A stretch of DNA of 64,000 bases. It comes from Candidatus Doudnabacteria bacterium. Lineage in GTDB: Bacteria; Patescibacteriota; Doudnabacteria; UBA920. The position numbers were made by a program, and so were the translations under genes. The notes below the pieces were generated by a model. The model made no database searches, had not been told where the DNA came from, and saw nothing but the letters and a program-made list of their open reading frames with translations. Of this stretch, positions 1 through 9,735 are shown piece after piece. The DNA lies in assembly GCA_963768175.1 (NCBI GenBank), contig CAVYGQ010000001.1, positions 510,305 to 574,304 on the forward strand. Direction: 5' to 3'. Each line of letters begins with the position of its first letter. The first letter of the stretch is position 1.

Positions 1-1788
1 TGAATTGGCAACTACAATATTCCCCGAGGCCGCGGGCGGCCCGAGCTGAATGACCATTTTTTGGTACCAAAGGTAGGTTGTCGGTGCAATTTTCACAATC
101 GCCTGTCCACCGCCAACGGTAACCGTCGGGCTTGAACCAAAATTATTGCCGTAAATCGTAACGTAAACGCCGTTATTATTTTCCCCGCCGGTGTTCGGGC
201 CGGATATTAAATCTGTAAAAAACAAAACCGGCGCGCCGTTGCCGGAAGGCGGTGGCTGGACTGCGGTAACCGTTACGACGGTTTGGGCGGTCACGCTGCC
301 GCTGCTGTTGGTGGCAGTCAACGTGTAAGTAGTGGTATTAGAGGGGCTGACTGTTATTGAAGAGCCGCTGAGTGTGCCCACGCCGTTATCAATGGACAAT
401 GAGCTGGCTCCGGAGACCGACCACGACAAAGTGGCCGATGAACCGGAGTTTATGGAAGACGGCGAGGCGGAAAAGGAAGAGATGGTGGGGGCGGGCGTGG
501 AATTTGAAACGGTAACGGGCACGGCAGACGTAGTTGTTTGGTTGCCGGCCGCGTCACTGGCTAAGGCGGTCAAAGTGTGCGAACCATTGCTGGCGGCCGC
601 GGTGTTCCAAGAATAAGAATATGGCGCTACCGTAATTAATGAGCCAAGGTTGCTGCCGTCAAGTTTAAATTGCACGCCCGCCACCCCGACATTATCGGAC
701 GCGCTGGCAATAACGGAAATTGTGCCGGTCACTGTACCGCCGGAAGTTGGGGATGTAATGCTTACTGTGGGAGGCGTAGTGTCGGAAGAAGAAACTGTCA
801 CTGTAGTTTGGGCAGTCACGGTGCCGGCGGAATTGGTTGCCGTTAAAATGTAAGTCGTGGTTTGCGTCGGCGAAACAGAAACCGATGAGCCGGAGACCGT
901 ACCTACTCCGTTATTTATAGAAAGTGCCGGTGCCGGGCTGCCTGAAACCGACCACGACAATGTGGCCGACGAGCCGGCGGTTATGGAAGACGGCGAGGCG
1001 GAAAAAGAAGAAATCGCAGGCGCAGTTGAGGAAGAGCCTCCGGAAGCAGCCTTAAAAGTCACAACCAGTGCCCCGATTTCATAATCGGAGCCGTGGGTGA
1101 AGCTTCCGGTAGCGGCGTATTGGCCGGCGGCGGAAACAATTTGGTCTTCGGCAAAAGAGCCTCCTTGGGTTTTGCGGGCGGCAAAACCGCTGCCGGCCGT
1201 CCAGACCGGAATGTCAGATTGAGCCTCGCCGGCAAAACCCCACAATACTTCATTGGCCTGGGCGGTAGTAGCCGTAGTGCCGCTTGTAAAACTGGAACCG
1301 CTGTTATAACCGTTGTCATATTTTTGTGATTGGTCCAGGGGCGCCGTAGTGTCCGCCCCGCTGTATTCGCTGACAATTACGTCTATTCCCCCATATGGCG
1401 CGGCAACCGTAACCGAGGTGGCGCCGGCCGCGATATTTTTTGCGTAATAAACCGCGAACCTGTTGCTGGAAACACTCAGGCTGGAAGCAAGAGTAAACGA
1501 GTCGCTTTTATTATCCGCTACCGAAGTCGGCAAACCGTTGGATGAATTAACACCCACAACCAGCAAGTCCCCGACCGAGGTGGCGGCCAAACTTACGCTG
1601 ACCGAAGTTCCGCCGCTTGTGGTGTTGCCGGCGGTTTGGACTTGCATTATGGTGCTGGCTCCCAATACCTGACCCGAAGCATTTAAAAGCTCCTGCCAGG
1701 TTAGGGCCTGGGCGCTTTGGAATGCCAAAACCCATCCGATTGTTAAAAATGCAAAAAATTTTAAGCTTTTTCTTTTTAGTTTGTTCAT
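1..1788 (-). CDS. Large secreted Ser/Thr-rich surface protein with Ig-like/PKD-like repeats, a Big-type domain and the start of an IPT/TIG-like domain; partial, runs off the window
   Basis: Not in the ORF track. Manual translation from ATG at 1788 (MNKLKRKSLKFFAFLTIGWVLAFQSAQA, signal-peptide-like) stays open to position 1. It has two copies of ISSFSASPSSI..GSSATLSWSVSG..TTTY.LTATNS and a DTTPPTVSITSP..ASDNVGVAGVQFKLDG Big-like domain. Confidence 0.85.
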   Translation of the reverse strand, partial: MNKLKRKSLKFFAFLTIGWVLAFQSAQALTWQELLNASGQVLGASTIMQVQTAGNTTSGGTSVSVSLAATSVGDLLVVGVNSSNGLPTSVADNKSDSFTLASSLSVSSNRFAVYYAKNIAAGATSVTVAAPYGGIDVIVSEYSGADTTAPLDQSQKYDNGYNSGSSFTSGTTATTAQANEVLWGFAGEAQSDIPVWTAGSGFAARKTQGGSFAEDQIVSAAGQYAATGSFTHGSDYEIGALVVTFKAASGGSSSTAPAISSFSASPSSITAGSSATLSWSVSGSPAPALSINNGVGTVSGSSVSVSPTQTTTYILTATNSAGTVTAQTTVTVSSSDTTPPTVSITSPTSGGTVTGTISVIASASDNVGVAGVQFKLDGSNLGSLITVAPYSYSWNTAAASNGSHTLTALASDAAGNQTTTSAVPVTVSNSTPAPTISSFSASPSSINSGSSATLSWSVSGASSLSIDNGVGTLSGSSITVSPSNTTTYTLTATNSSGSVTAQTVVTVTAVQPPPSGNGAPVLFFTDLISGPNTGGENNNGVYVTIYGNNFGSSPTVTVGGGQAIVKIAPTTYLWYQKMVIQLGPPAASGNIVVANS

Positions 1789-1949
1789 ATTTATTTTTTG
1801 TGCTTTTCCAAGCACGTTAGTAATAAAAAAGCAGAGTTAACCGGCGAAAAGATTAATCTCTGCATGAGAAAGTTTTAAAATATATTTTTCGGCTTTTATC
1901 TGGTAATTCGGATATGGCATAAATTTAAAAAATTCATAAAGGTAAAATT

Positions 1950-1958
1950 ATTATAGCA
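1950..1958 (-). promoter_or_regulatory. Extended -10 promoter element (TGCTATAAT)
   Basis: Exact TGnTATAAT upstream of the surface-protein gene. The same motif recurs on the minus strand upstream of genes at 5840-5848, 12196-12204, 18402-18410 and 61635-61643. Confidence 0.6.
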
Positions 1959-1971
1959 TATCTGATATTTT

Positions 1972-2898
1972 TTACATAACGATGTCCCGTGGTTTTTTTT
2001 GCCGAATATTGTGGCCGCCAAATTGCTTGCGAAGCAGCGCTACGAGCTTATTGGAAAATTTTTGTTGGTTTTTCGGCTCTAAGGATTCCTGCCGAACTTT
2101 AAAAGAATCTTCAATGACGCGGGCGTCAACTCCCAGCTCTTTGGCAGCCTGGATTGTCCACTCGCCTTCGCCGGTGGATTCAATTACGCCCGAGGTATTT
2201 TTAACGTCTTCTTTTTCAAAAATGTTTCGCGTTAAATCCACCAGCCAAGACTTTATGACCGAGCCTTCCTGGTAAATTTTGGTAACTTGCGCTAAATCCA
2301 ATTTAAAATCGGACGCATTTAAAACGCCATAACCTTCGGCAATGGCTTCCATCATGCCGTATTCGATGCCGTTGTGCACCATTTTAACAAAATGCCCGGC
2401 GCCGTTTTCGCCAACCAGTCCGTAATTTTCCCCGCTGGACAAAGCCTTAAAAATTGGCTCAATTTTCGGCCAAAACAATTTTGGCCCGCCGACCATTAAG
2501 GCAAAACCGTTCTGTTCCCCCCACACGCCGCCGCTGGTGCCGCAATCAAAGTAGGCCACTCCTTTTGCTTCCATTTCCCGGGCGCGGCGGATGGAATCTT
2601 TATAAAAACTGTTGCCGCCGTCTATCACTATATCCGCCAAATTAAAATATTTACTCAGCTCGTTGTTCAAAAAATCGTCCACCGCCGTATGCGGCAGCAT
2701 CAGCCAAAAAACCGCCCTTTCGCTGCCTATAGCTTTTATAAGCTCGGCAATATTGCCAAAGGTTTTAACCCCGGCCTTGGCGACTTCCTGCCGCGGCCCC
2801 TCGCTGCGGTTCCATGCCAAAACCTCAAAGCCTTTATTGTGCAGTCGTCGAGCAATTTGGCTGCCCATTTTTCCTAAACCAAAAACCACAATTTGCAT
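1972..2898 (-). CDS. gnd: 6-phosphogluconate dehydrogenase (decarboxylating, short form)
   Basis: GLGKMG Rossmann motif, DGGNS, GTSGG and GHFVKMVHNGIEYGMM motifs; likely start is MQIVVFG at 2898. Confidence 0.95.
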   Translation of the reverse strand: MQIVVFGLGKMGSQIARRLHNKGFEVLAWNRSEGPRQEVAKAGVKTFGNIAELIKAIGSERAVFWLMLPHTAVDDFLNNELSKYFNLADIVIDGGNSFYKDSIRRAREMEAKGVAYFDCGTSGGVWGEQNGFALMVGGPKLFWPKIEPIFKALSSGENYGLVGENGAGHFVKMVHNGIEYGMMEAIAEGYGVLNASDFKLDLAQVTKIYQEGSVIKSWLVDLTRNIFEKEDVKNTSGVIESTGEGEWTIQAAKELGVDARVIEDSFKVRQESLEPKNQQKFSNKLVALLRKQFGGHNIRQKKPRDIVM

Positions 2899-2910
2899 AA
2901 GTTTATTCAC

Positions 2911-2996
2911 ATGATTGACATGATTGATCAAGAATGACAAGATTGTCAGACCTTAATCATGTCAATCATTTAATTCTTTTGATTCTTGTCAATCAT
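2911..2996. repeat. Intergenic short-period repeat (ATGATTGAC units and their complement GTCAATCAT)
   Basis: ATGATTGAC-ATGATTGAT on the left; ATCATGTCAATCAT and CTTGTCAATCAT on the right. Confidence 0.65.
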
Positions 2997-4489
2997 TTCG
3001 TCCACCACTCTTTGGCGTCCCTCTTTATCCATTCATCCGCCTCCTTGGGGCCGTTGGACCTGGGCTTGTAAATATGGTTCGGCAGATTCCTGAACTCTTT
3101 GGCCTCGGTAATGCTGTCCACAAACTTCCAGCTGGCCTCTATTTCGTCGCTGCGGATGAACAAACGCTGGTCGCCTTCCAAAAAATCCAACAGCAAACGT
3201 TCATAAGCTCCCGGTATTTCCCCCTTAAAGGCGCGCCCGTAGCCGAATTCAAAATCGCCGCGGTGGAGGTTTACGCCAAAACCGGGAATTTTGTTGTTAA
3301 TCTGCAAATGCACCGATTCGTCCGGCTGGATTTGGAAAGTTAAGACGTTCGGCGCGTAGCCTTCAAACAAACTGCGGACCGGCTCGCGGAAATGGATGGA
3401 AATTTGGGTCAGCTTTTTGGAAAGTTTCTTGCCGGTTTTTAAATAAAAAGGCACGCCGGCCCAGCGCGGCAAATTGACGTAAGTTTTCAGCGCAAAGAAC
3501 GTTTCCGTCCGGCTTTGCTCCCCCGACTCGCGTGCCCAGGGCGAAACCGCGACTTCTTTTGCGTAACCCTGATACTGCCCCTTAACCAACCGCGCAGCCA
3601 ATTTTTCCGGCGTAAACGGCTCTAAAGCCTGCAGGACTTTTATTTTTTCGTCGCGGATGAATTCCGCCGTCAGTTTATACGGCTCGTCCATGGCGATTAA
3701 CGCCAACATCTGCAAAATATGGTTTTGCAAAAAATCTTTTATGGCGCCGGTGGAATCGTAATAGCCAATCCGCCCGGCCGCGCCGTCCTTTTCCAAAACC
3801 GAAATTTCCACATGGTCTATAAAGCGGTTATTCCATAGCGGCTCAAACAAGCTGTTGGCAAACCTTACCACCATCAGGTTCTGCACGGTTTCCTTGCCCA
3901 CATAGTGGTCAATGCGGTAAATTTGGTCCTCGGTAAAATATTTCAGCAGCAGCTGGTTTAAATTTTGCGCGGATTTTAAATTAAACCCGAACGGCTTTTC
4001 CAGCAACACCCTGACTTTGCGCTCATGCTCGGCGCAGGAAACCAGCAGACCCGAAGCTTTTAAAATTTTAGTGATAGGAGCAAACTGCTGGGGGTTGGTG
4101 GCAAAATAAAACAGGCGATTAAAGCAGACGTGTTTGGGCTGGTCGTGGTCGGCCAAAATTTTGGCCAAATCGGTAAACTGCTCCGCATGGTCAAAATCCC
4201 CGGAATAATATATCAAATGTTTTAAAAATGCGGATTTCTTGGTCGCGCTCAATTTTTTTACGACGCGGGATTTCTTGATTATAAAATTCAAATACGCTTT
4301 TGCCGTAAACGGGCGCCTGGCCACGCAAACCAACTTAAAAGTTTTTGGCAGCAATTTGTGCTCGTCCATATGCAAAAGAGCCGGGATTAAATAATCCGCG
4401 CTTAAATCCCCGGTCGCGCCAAAAATAGTTAAAATGGTCGGCGGCAAGTTTTGGCTAATACTATGGGAATGTATGTCTTCTTTGGCCAT
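2993..4489 (-). CDS. zwf: Glucose-6-phosphate 1-dehydrogenase
   Basis: IFGATGDL, EKPFG, YRIDHYVGKE, QNHILQML and RWAGVPFYLKTGK motifs. Confidence 0.97.
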   Translation of the reverse strand: MAKEDIHSHSISQNLPPTILTIFGATGDLSADYLIPALLHMDEHKLLPKTFKLVCVARRPFTAKAYLNFIIKKSRVVKKLSATKKSAFLKHLIYYSGDFDHAEQFTDLAKILADHDQPKHVCFNRLFYFATNPQQFAPITKILKASGLLVSCAEHERKVRVLLEKPFGFNLKSAQNLNQLLLKYFTEDQIYRIDHYVGKETVQNLMVVRFANSLFEPLWNNRFIDHVEISVLEKDGAAGRIGYYDSTGAIKDFLQNHILQMLALIAMDEPYKLTAEFIRDEKIKVLQALEPFTPEKLAARLVKGQYQGYAKEVAVSPWARESGEQSRTETFFALKTYVNLPRWAGVPFYLKTGKKLSKKLTQISIHFREPVRSLFEGYAPNVLTFQIQPDESVHLQINNKIPGFGVNLHRGDFEFGYGRAFKGEIPGAYERLLLDFLEGDQRLFIRSDEIEASWKFVDSITEAKEFRNLPNHIYKPRSNGPKEADEWIKRDAKEWWTK

Positions 4490-4553
4490 AAAATTGGCTA
4501 TTGCCCATTAAATATACCATAAATCCCCGGTGCAAAAAAGCCCGCGCCACGAC

Positions 4554-4588
4554 AAGGGGCATCCTTTTGTAGCAAAAGGATGCCCCTT
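4554..4588. terminator. Perfect hairpin downstream of the AI-2E gene (terminator or REP-like)
   Basis: AAGGGGCATCCTTTTG-tag-CAAAAGGATGCCCCTT. Confidence 0.55.
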
Positions 4589-4605
4589 ATTATGGTTAGT
4601 CGTTA

Positions 4606-5628
4606 TTATTCTTTCCCCTTAATCTCCGTCCGGTATATTTCCACCAGCGCCACAAAAATTGCCATAAGTATCGGCCCAAGCAATACGCCCAAAACGCCAA
4701 AGCTCACAATCCCGCCCAAGATGGCGAATATGGTCAACAGTGGATGCAGCCGCACCCGGGAAGAAACCAGCTTGGCGGCCAAAATGTTGTCTATTAGCGC
4801 CACGCTAAAACCCGCCCAAATTGCCAGGCCAACCGCGCCAGCCACATTGCCGGTTAAATATAAATAGCAGACTGCCGGTATCCAGACCAAAGATGTTCCG
4901 AAAGTCGGCACAAAAGCCGCCACAAACATCGCGCACCCCCACAACAAAGAGTTGGGCAGGTCAAAAATGGTAAAACCAATAAAAGCTGCCGTGGAAATTG
5001 TCAGCACCACCAAAAACTGTCCCTTAACCACGCCGCTAACCGCTTGCGTAAGTTTGGTAAATAAAATATTTTCGTTGGCCTGGGAAAGCGGTAAAAGATC
5101 TATCAACAATTTTTTAATTTTCTCCCAGTCGCGCAGTAAAAAGAAAGTGCTGAAGGCCACTACTATTAAAGAGCCAAACAGCCAGCCCAAGCTGGAAAGC
5201 AGCCCCGACAGGCTGGTAAAAGCCTGGCCAGTGAGCTGAGAAGCCCAGGTGTGAAGATCGACGTTAAAACTTAAAGTTAATTGCTGTAAAGACGGTGGCA
5301 GATTTTGGATAAAATTATTTGACTGCCCGGCCAAATTGTCCAAGTTGAGCGATTTATAAAAATTCGCCAGTTCAAAAAAGACCTGTTGGCCAATTAGAAG
5401 AACCGGCCCGGCAATAATTGCCGCGATTAGCAATACCACAAATCCGGCCGACATGTTAGGCATTTTTGTATGCTGAACTATGCGGTTATAAAATGGATGG
5501 AACAGCACGGCCAAAACCACGGCAAAAGCCAGCAGTTCCCAGAACGGCCAAAAAATCTTTAATATAATTAAAGCGACAATTGCCAATAGCACAAAGAAGC
5601 TGATGGTTTGGGTTTTTTGTTTCAACAT
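4606..5628 (-). CDS. AI-2E (UPF0118/PerM) family membrane transporter
   Basis: Multi-TM protein with FFLLRD and ..HPLLTIFAILGGIVSFGVLGVLLGP motifs. Confidence 0.9.
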   Translation of the reverse strand: MLKQKTQTISFFVLLAIVALIILKIFWPFWELLAFAVVLAVLFHPFYNRIVQHTKMPNMSAGFVVLLIAAIIAGPVLLIGQQVFFELANFYKSLNLDNLAGQSNNFIQNLPPSLQQLTLSFNVDLHTWASQLTGQAFTSLSGLLSSLGWLFGSLIVVAFSTFFLLRDWEKIKKLLIDLLPLSQANENILFTKLTQAVSGVVKGQFLVVLTISTAAFIGFTIFDLPNSLLWGCAMFVAAFVPTFGTSLVWIPAVCYLYLTGNVAGAVGLAIWAGFSVALIDNILAAKLVSSRVRLHPLLTIFAILGGIVSFGVLGVLLGPILMAIFVALVEIYRTEIKGKE

Positions 5629-5635
5629 AAGGTTT

Positions 5636-5831
5636 GATACTGATATACGGATTAATACTGACCCGCCTGCCTACGCCTTCTGCCAAATTTTGATGGATAT
5701 TGATAATAAAATCAATAACCAACATCCATCGGACAGGCACAGACGGCATTGGCGGGCAGGTGATACAGATAATACGGATGTGTGATATCAGTATTATCAG
5801 TATAATCCGCATGCATTAGTATATCGGTATC
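5636..5831. repeat. Composite palindromic intergenic element
   Basis: Outer arms GATACTGATATAC / GTATATCGGTATC with ATAC(T/G)GAT-like units; a GC-rich CCCGCC...GGCGGG insert lies at about 5660-5758. Confidence 0.6.
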
Positions 5832-5967
5832 TTATAAATATTATAGCAAATTTTTGCGAAAAAAGCATTTTGAATAAAGTACCGGTAGTTAGCCCATTCA
5901 TGGGCTGTTATGTTTTCTTATGAAGACAGCTGATAAATCAGCTAACTACACTACATGGCTGCCAACA

Positions 5968-5997
5968 TTGACAAAACGCCAATATTTATGCTATATT
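5968..5997 (+). promoter_or_regulatory. Sigma70-type promoter for typA
   Basis: TTGACA-N18-TATATT with a TG extension. Confidence 0.6.
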
Positions 5998-6043
5998 TGT
6001 AGCGCAAACCCGGAAGAAGCGGGGTTTTTATTTGAAAATATAG

Positions 6044-6148
6044 AACACGGATTTACGGATAAAGAACGGATCTACCGATATCTACCGATTCTAACAAACA
6101 ATATCCGTAGACATCCGTTGATCCGAATCCAATCAGTAGATCCGTGTT
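6044..6148. repeat. ACGGAT/ATCCGT short-period palindromic element in the typA leader
   Basis: AACACGGATTTAC...GTAGATCCGTGTT arms, about five ACGGAT-like units on the left and about five ATCCGT-like units on the right. Confidence 0.75.
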
Positions 6149-6154
6149 AATTTT

Positions 6155-8134
6155 ATGAAACGCGACAACATCCGCAACATCGCCATAATCGCCCACGTTG
6201 ACCACGGCAAGACTACTTTGGTTGACGCCATGCTCAAGCAAACCCATACGGTTAAGGACAACCCCGAGACCAAAGATTTAATTATGGACAGCATGGATTT
6301 GGAGCGCGAGCGCGGCATTACCATTCGGGCGAAAAACGCTTCGCTTATTTATAACGGCATTCACCCCGTTAAATCCGCCGAAGGCGGGGCTGCTTCGCAG
6401 CCATTTAACGGGGTGAAAATTAACCTCATAGATACGCCGGGCCACACGGATTTTGGCGGCGAAGTGGAGCGGACTTTGCGTATGGCCGACGGCGTACTTT
6501 TACTGGTGGACGCCAAAGAAGGCCCTATGCCGCAAACCAAATTCGTGCTTAAAAAAGCTTTGGAGCTCGGTCTTAAAGCCATTGTCGTAATTAATAAAGT
6601 AGATAAACCAGACGCACAGGTGGAAGAGTCCACCAATAAAACTTTTGATTTATTTGTAAAACTGGATGCCAAAGATCACCAACTGGATTTCCAAATTATT
6701 TACGCGGCGGGCAGTTTGGGTTTGGCCGATACCGATTTAGAAAGTTTAAGATCCAAAATCAAAAGCCATGCCGCGCCGGATGTTGCTCCCCTATTTGAGT
6801 CCATAATTAAATTTATTCCAGCACCCGACGTAAAACCTGAAGATCCTTTTGCCATGCTGGTTTTGGCTTTGGTTTACGACAACTACAAAGGCAAAATGGG
6901 CATTGGTAAAATTATTTCCGGCTCCATTAAAAAAGCGCAAACCATTTGCAGAATCAAGACCGACGGCCAGCGCGACAACGGCAAAATTACTTCCTTACAA
7001 ATGTATGAAGGTTTGGCGCCCGTGAACGTGGAAGAAGCCGTAGCCGGCGACATTGTGGCCATTGGCGGCTTTGACGACATTTCCATTGGCGAAACTTTAA
7101 CCGATCCCCTAAATCCCATCCATTTGGAGCCGGTAGAAATAGAGCCGCCCACAATTAAAATGACCTTTGGCGTGAACACTTCCCCGTTTGCCGGCAAAGA
7201 GGGCAAGTTTGTGACCTCCCGCAATTTGCGGCAGCGGCTTTACAAAGAGCTGGAAATAAACGTGGCGCTTAAAGTTGCCCCGTCCGAAGAAGGAGCCGAA
7301 AGCTTTTTGGTTAGCGGACGCGGCGAACTGCATTTGGGAGTTTTGATTGAAACGATGAGGAGAGAAGGTTTTGAACTGCAGGTTTCCCAGCCGCAGGTTA
7401 TTTACCATTATGCTCCAAAATCTCACCCCCACCTAGCCTCCCCCCTCAAGGGGGAGGAAAACAAAGTTTCCCTCCCTGGAGTGGAGGGGTCAGGGGAAGG
7501 TGATATGATTAAGCTTGAGCCCTACGAAATTGTCAGCATAGATGTGCCCAGCGAATATCAGGGCGCGGTAATAGAAAATTTGGGCAAGCGCGGCGGGGAA
7601 ATGCAAGGCCTGGACACCAGCTCAAGCGGCGAAATGCACGCGGAATATCTTATCCCCACCAGAGGGCTTATTGGCCTAAAAAGCTTATTGCTTACCCAAA
7701 CGCGCGGCACCGTAATAATGAACAATTTATTTGACAGCTATAAACCCGTACACGAAATAGATTCCCACGCCAATGACCACGGCAGTTTAATTTCCAGCGA
7801 AACCGGCGTATCCAACGCTTACGGCCTTAACAACGCGCAGGAGCGCGGCATCCTGTTTATCGGCCCAGCCGTGGATGTTTACGAAGGCATGGTAGTAGGA
7901 AAAAACTCTGTAGATACGGACTTGGAATTAAACGTCTGTAAAACTAAAAAACTCACCAACATCCGCTCCTCCGGCACGGACGAAGCCATAATCTTAACCC
8001 CTCCCCGCCCCATTGAGCTGGACTTTGCGTTGGAATACATCGGCCCTGACGAGTTGGTGGAAGTTACCCCCAAGAGCATTCGCATTCGCAAAAAAATCTT
8101 GAACGCCACCGAACGCAAACGCGCCGCCCGCTAA
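6155..8134 (+). CDS. typA: Translational GTPase TypA/BipA with two in-frame palindromic insertions
   Basis: [37 protein letters not shown] and [11 protein letters not shown] motifs. Confidence 0.97.
   Translation: MKRDNIRNIAIIAHVDHGKTTLVDAMLKQTHTVKDNPETKDLIMDSMDLERERGITIRAKNASLIYNGIHPVKSAEGGAASQPFNGVKINLIDTPGHTDFGGEVERTLRMADGVLLLVDAKEGPMPQTKFVLKKALELGLKAIVVINKVDKPDAQVEESTNKTFDLFVKLDAKDHQLDFQIIYAAGSLGLADTDLESLRSKIKSHAAPDVAPLFESIIKFIPAPDVKPEDPFAMLVLALVYDNYKGKMGIGKIISGSIKKAQTICRIKTDGQRDNGKITSLQMYEGLAPVNVEEAVAGDIVAIGGFDDISIGETLTDPLNPIHLEPVEIEPPTIKMTFGVNTSPFAGKEGKFVTSRNLRQRLYKELEINVALKVAPSEEGAESFLVSGRGELHLGVLIETMRREGFELQVSQPQVIYHYAPKSHPHLASPLKGEENKVSLPGVEGSGEGDMIKLEPYEIVSIDVPSEYQGAVIENLGKRGGEMQGLDTSSSGEMHAEYLIPTRGLIGLKSLLLTQTRGTVIMNNLFDSYKPVHEIDSHANDHGSLISSETGVSNAYGLNNAQERGILFIGPAVDVYEGMVVGKNSVDTDLELNVCKTKKLTNIRSSGTDEAIILTPPRPIELDFALEYIGPDELVEVTPKSIRIRKKILNATERKRAAR
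6362..6415. mobile_element. 54-bp palindromic cassette inserted in frame in typA
   Basis: 15-bp perfect IR TTCACCCCGTTAAAT/ATTTAACGGGGTGAA with two internal hairpins; removing it restores [14 protein letters not shown]. Confidence 0.85.
7423..7503. mobile_element. ~81-bp GC-rich double-hairpin element in frame in typA
   Basis: TCACC...GGTGA ends, with hairpins CCTCCCCC/GGGGGAGG and CCCTCC/GGAGGG. It encodes [26 protein letters not shown], which is absent from the typical BipA P.VI...EP.E linker. Confidence 0.7.
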
Positions 8135-8141
8135 CCTACCT

Positions 8142-8169
8142 GTCATTCCGGCCTCCGAGCCGGAATCCA
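8142..8169. repeat. REP-like palindrome GTCATTCCGGC..GCCGGAATCC
   Basis: ATTCCGGC-ctccga-GCCGGAAT hairpin immediately after the typA stop. Confidence 0.55.
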
Positions 8170-8177
8170 TATCACGC

Positions 8178-8203
8178 AAAACCCCGCCAACCGGCGGGGT
8201 TTT
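8178..8203. terminator. Bidirectional intrinsic terminator
   Basis: AAAACCCCGCC-aacc-GGCGGGGTTTT between convergent genes. Confidence 0.8.
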
Positions 8204-8212
8204 AAATTAAAG

Positions 8213-8965
8213 TCAAACTTCCAAATCAAAGGAAATATTTTTTTCTACCCACAGAAGTCCTTTTTTAGTTAAATGCGCGGAATCGTTCCGAAAATCTAAT
8301 CTACCATCAACATTTAATTCGTTTAGCTGCCGTCGCAAAACTCCCTTGTTAGTATATCCTGTCCAATCAAAAATATCGTCCAAAGAAATATTTTCCGGAT
8401 ATTTCTGGTAACAAAAAACAAGGACTTTTTCTTTTACATTTAACTTTGAATTTAGACATTTTAGCCGGCCACCAATTTCTTCAATTATTGGTACTTTTCG
8501 TTCAATAATCTTTTTAATTTCAGCCTGAGCTTCACAGGGAGTCATTTGCGTTTCTAAACGAACCAGCTCGGCAACAATCCAATTGGCTGCATTAAGCACA
8601 AATATAGAATCCACCTCATTTACGTCTACCGCACCTGGGTGTGCTACATTCCGCTTATTGCGAAAATCCAAAATAAGCTCAGCCAACCCGAGGATGTGAA
8701 AGCGTAAAGATTCATCGAGGCTTACATTTTTCCGCACAGCGGAAGCTATAACAAGTCGCTTAATTTGAGTCCCAATTGCAGTATACTTACTCGAATGTTT
8801 ATATTCTAAAATCCGAAAAACAATTTCTGCAAATCGTCCGCCGTCTAACTGACTTGGTTCCCAACGCCCAAGAAAATACTGCTGGTGCAGTTTTTGAAAT
8901 TCAGTTTGAAGATCATTGACTAGACTGCCCGGCAAATTACTTAGGTGTTGGGTTAGTGGGTTCAT
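8213..8965 (-). CDS. Hypothetical protein with HEPN/Abi-like helical domain (RNKRNVAH) and C-terminal winged helix
   Basis: GGRFAE N-terminal motif, R-x-H motif and LTKKG wHTH-type ending; AT-rich. Confidence 0.55.
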   Translation of the reverse strand: MNPLTQHLSNLPGSLVNDLQTEFQKLHQQYFLGRWEPSQLDGGRFAEIVFRILEYKHSSKYTAIGTQIKRLVIASAVRKNVSLDESLRFHILGLAELILDFRNKRNVAHPGAVDVNEVDSIFVLNAANWIVAELVRLETQMTPCEAQAEIKKIIERKVPIIEEIGGRLKCLNSKLNVKEKVLVFCYQKYPENISLDDIFDWTGYTNKGVLRRQLNELNVDGRLDFRNDSAHLTKKGLLWVEKNISFDLEV

Positions 8966-9350
8966 TGGTTAGAAATTTACTAAAAAATTTTTCCCCTGTT
9001 TGTGAAAGATCGAGGCTCCCATCTATCGACCTCACATACCCATCCTTAATTGCTCTACTTAATAATGTATTCGCATATTTACCATCAAATTTTCCGTTCT
9101 TCCAGCCTTCTTTTAATTCTACTTCAGTGAGTGGCTGCCGTTTCAAAATTTTTTCGTAATACCCAACAATAACACCAATTTTTTCTTGCCCCGATTTAAA
9201 ATCTTTACCCTTTATAATTTCTGCCAAGGCAGGTTGTTTACCTTTGCCCGTTCCAAGATCCGTGGTTTGAATTCCACCCTTTTCAAGTATGGTGATCCTT
9301 TTCTCGTGATCATTGAGTTGTTGAACTATTTGCTCTAAGTTGTGTGCCAT
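8937..9350 (-). CDS. Hypothetical protein, N-terminal coiled coil plus probable winged helix
   Basis: 137-aa ORF overlapping the next gene; LSRAIKDGYV...LSQTGEKF wHTH-like ending. Confidence 0.6.
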   Translation of the reverse strand: MAHNLEQIVQQLNDHEKRITILEKGGIQTTDLGTGKGKQPALAEIIKGKDFKSGQEKIGVIVGYYEKILKRQPLTEVELKEGWKNGKFDGKYANTLLSRAIKDGYVRSIDGSLDLSQTGEKFFSKFLTNEPTNPTPK

Positions 9351-9378
9351 AATAATTAATTAATGCTAATATGTAGAC

Positions 9379-9735
9379 CTATTTTCTTTCTGCGTAAGCC
9401 CATTTTTCTTTCCCTTCAGGATTTTGAGCAGGGACTCGAACTAAAACTCGATTTTGAACCAAACGTATCAACGCTGTTGAAATAACTTGGCGCGTATAAT
9501 GGAAGCCGGCTTGTTGTAACTTCTGTAAAACCTGGGGTAAAGTCTTCGGACTTTTTAAATCACCGTCTTTTAATAAAAGCAAAATTCCACCCTTTGGCCC
9601 TTTAAACTTAAGCACTTTTGGATGCTCCTTATTCTTTGCTGTTAGTACAGAACTCTCCCCCATATTCTTAGCTAATTCGGTTAAAAGCGATTGTATTTCG
9701 CTAATAATATCAAGGTTTCTTTTGTTTGTATCCAT
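9379..9735 (-). CDS. Hypothetical probable winged-helix protein
   Basis: PKTLPQVLQKL..GFHY....ISTALIRLVQNRVL pattern. The likely start is MDTNK at 9735, because the TTG at 9795 is part of a TTGACA-N18-TATACT promoter. Confidence 0.6.
   Translation of the reverse strand: MDTNKRNLDIISEIQSLLTELAKNMGESSVLTAKNKEHPKVLKFKGPKGGILLLLKDGDLKSPKTLPQVLQKLQQAGFHYTRQVISTALIRLVQNRVLVRVPAQNPEGKEKWAYAERK

Noticed and set aside
332-1820. Plus-strand ORFs over the first 1.8 kb and similar antisense ORFs throughout
   Set aside because: They are shadow frames of long minus-strand genes and have no recognisable motifs.
6044-6148. Short intergenic repeats as a CRISPR array
   Set aside because: Units are 8-11 nt, degenerate and mirrored, with no unique spacers and no cas genes.
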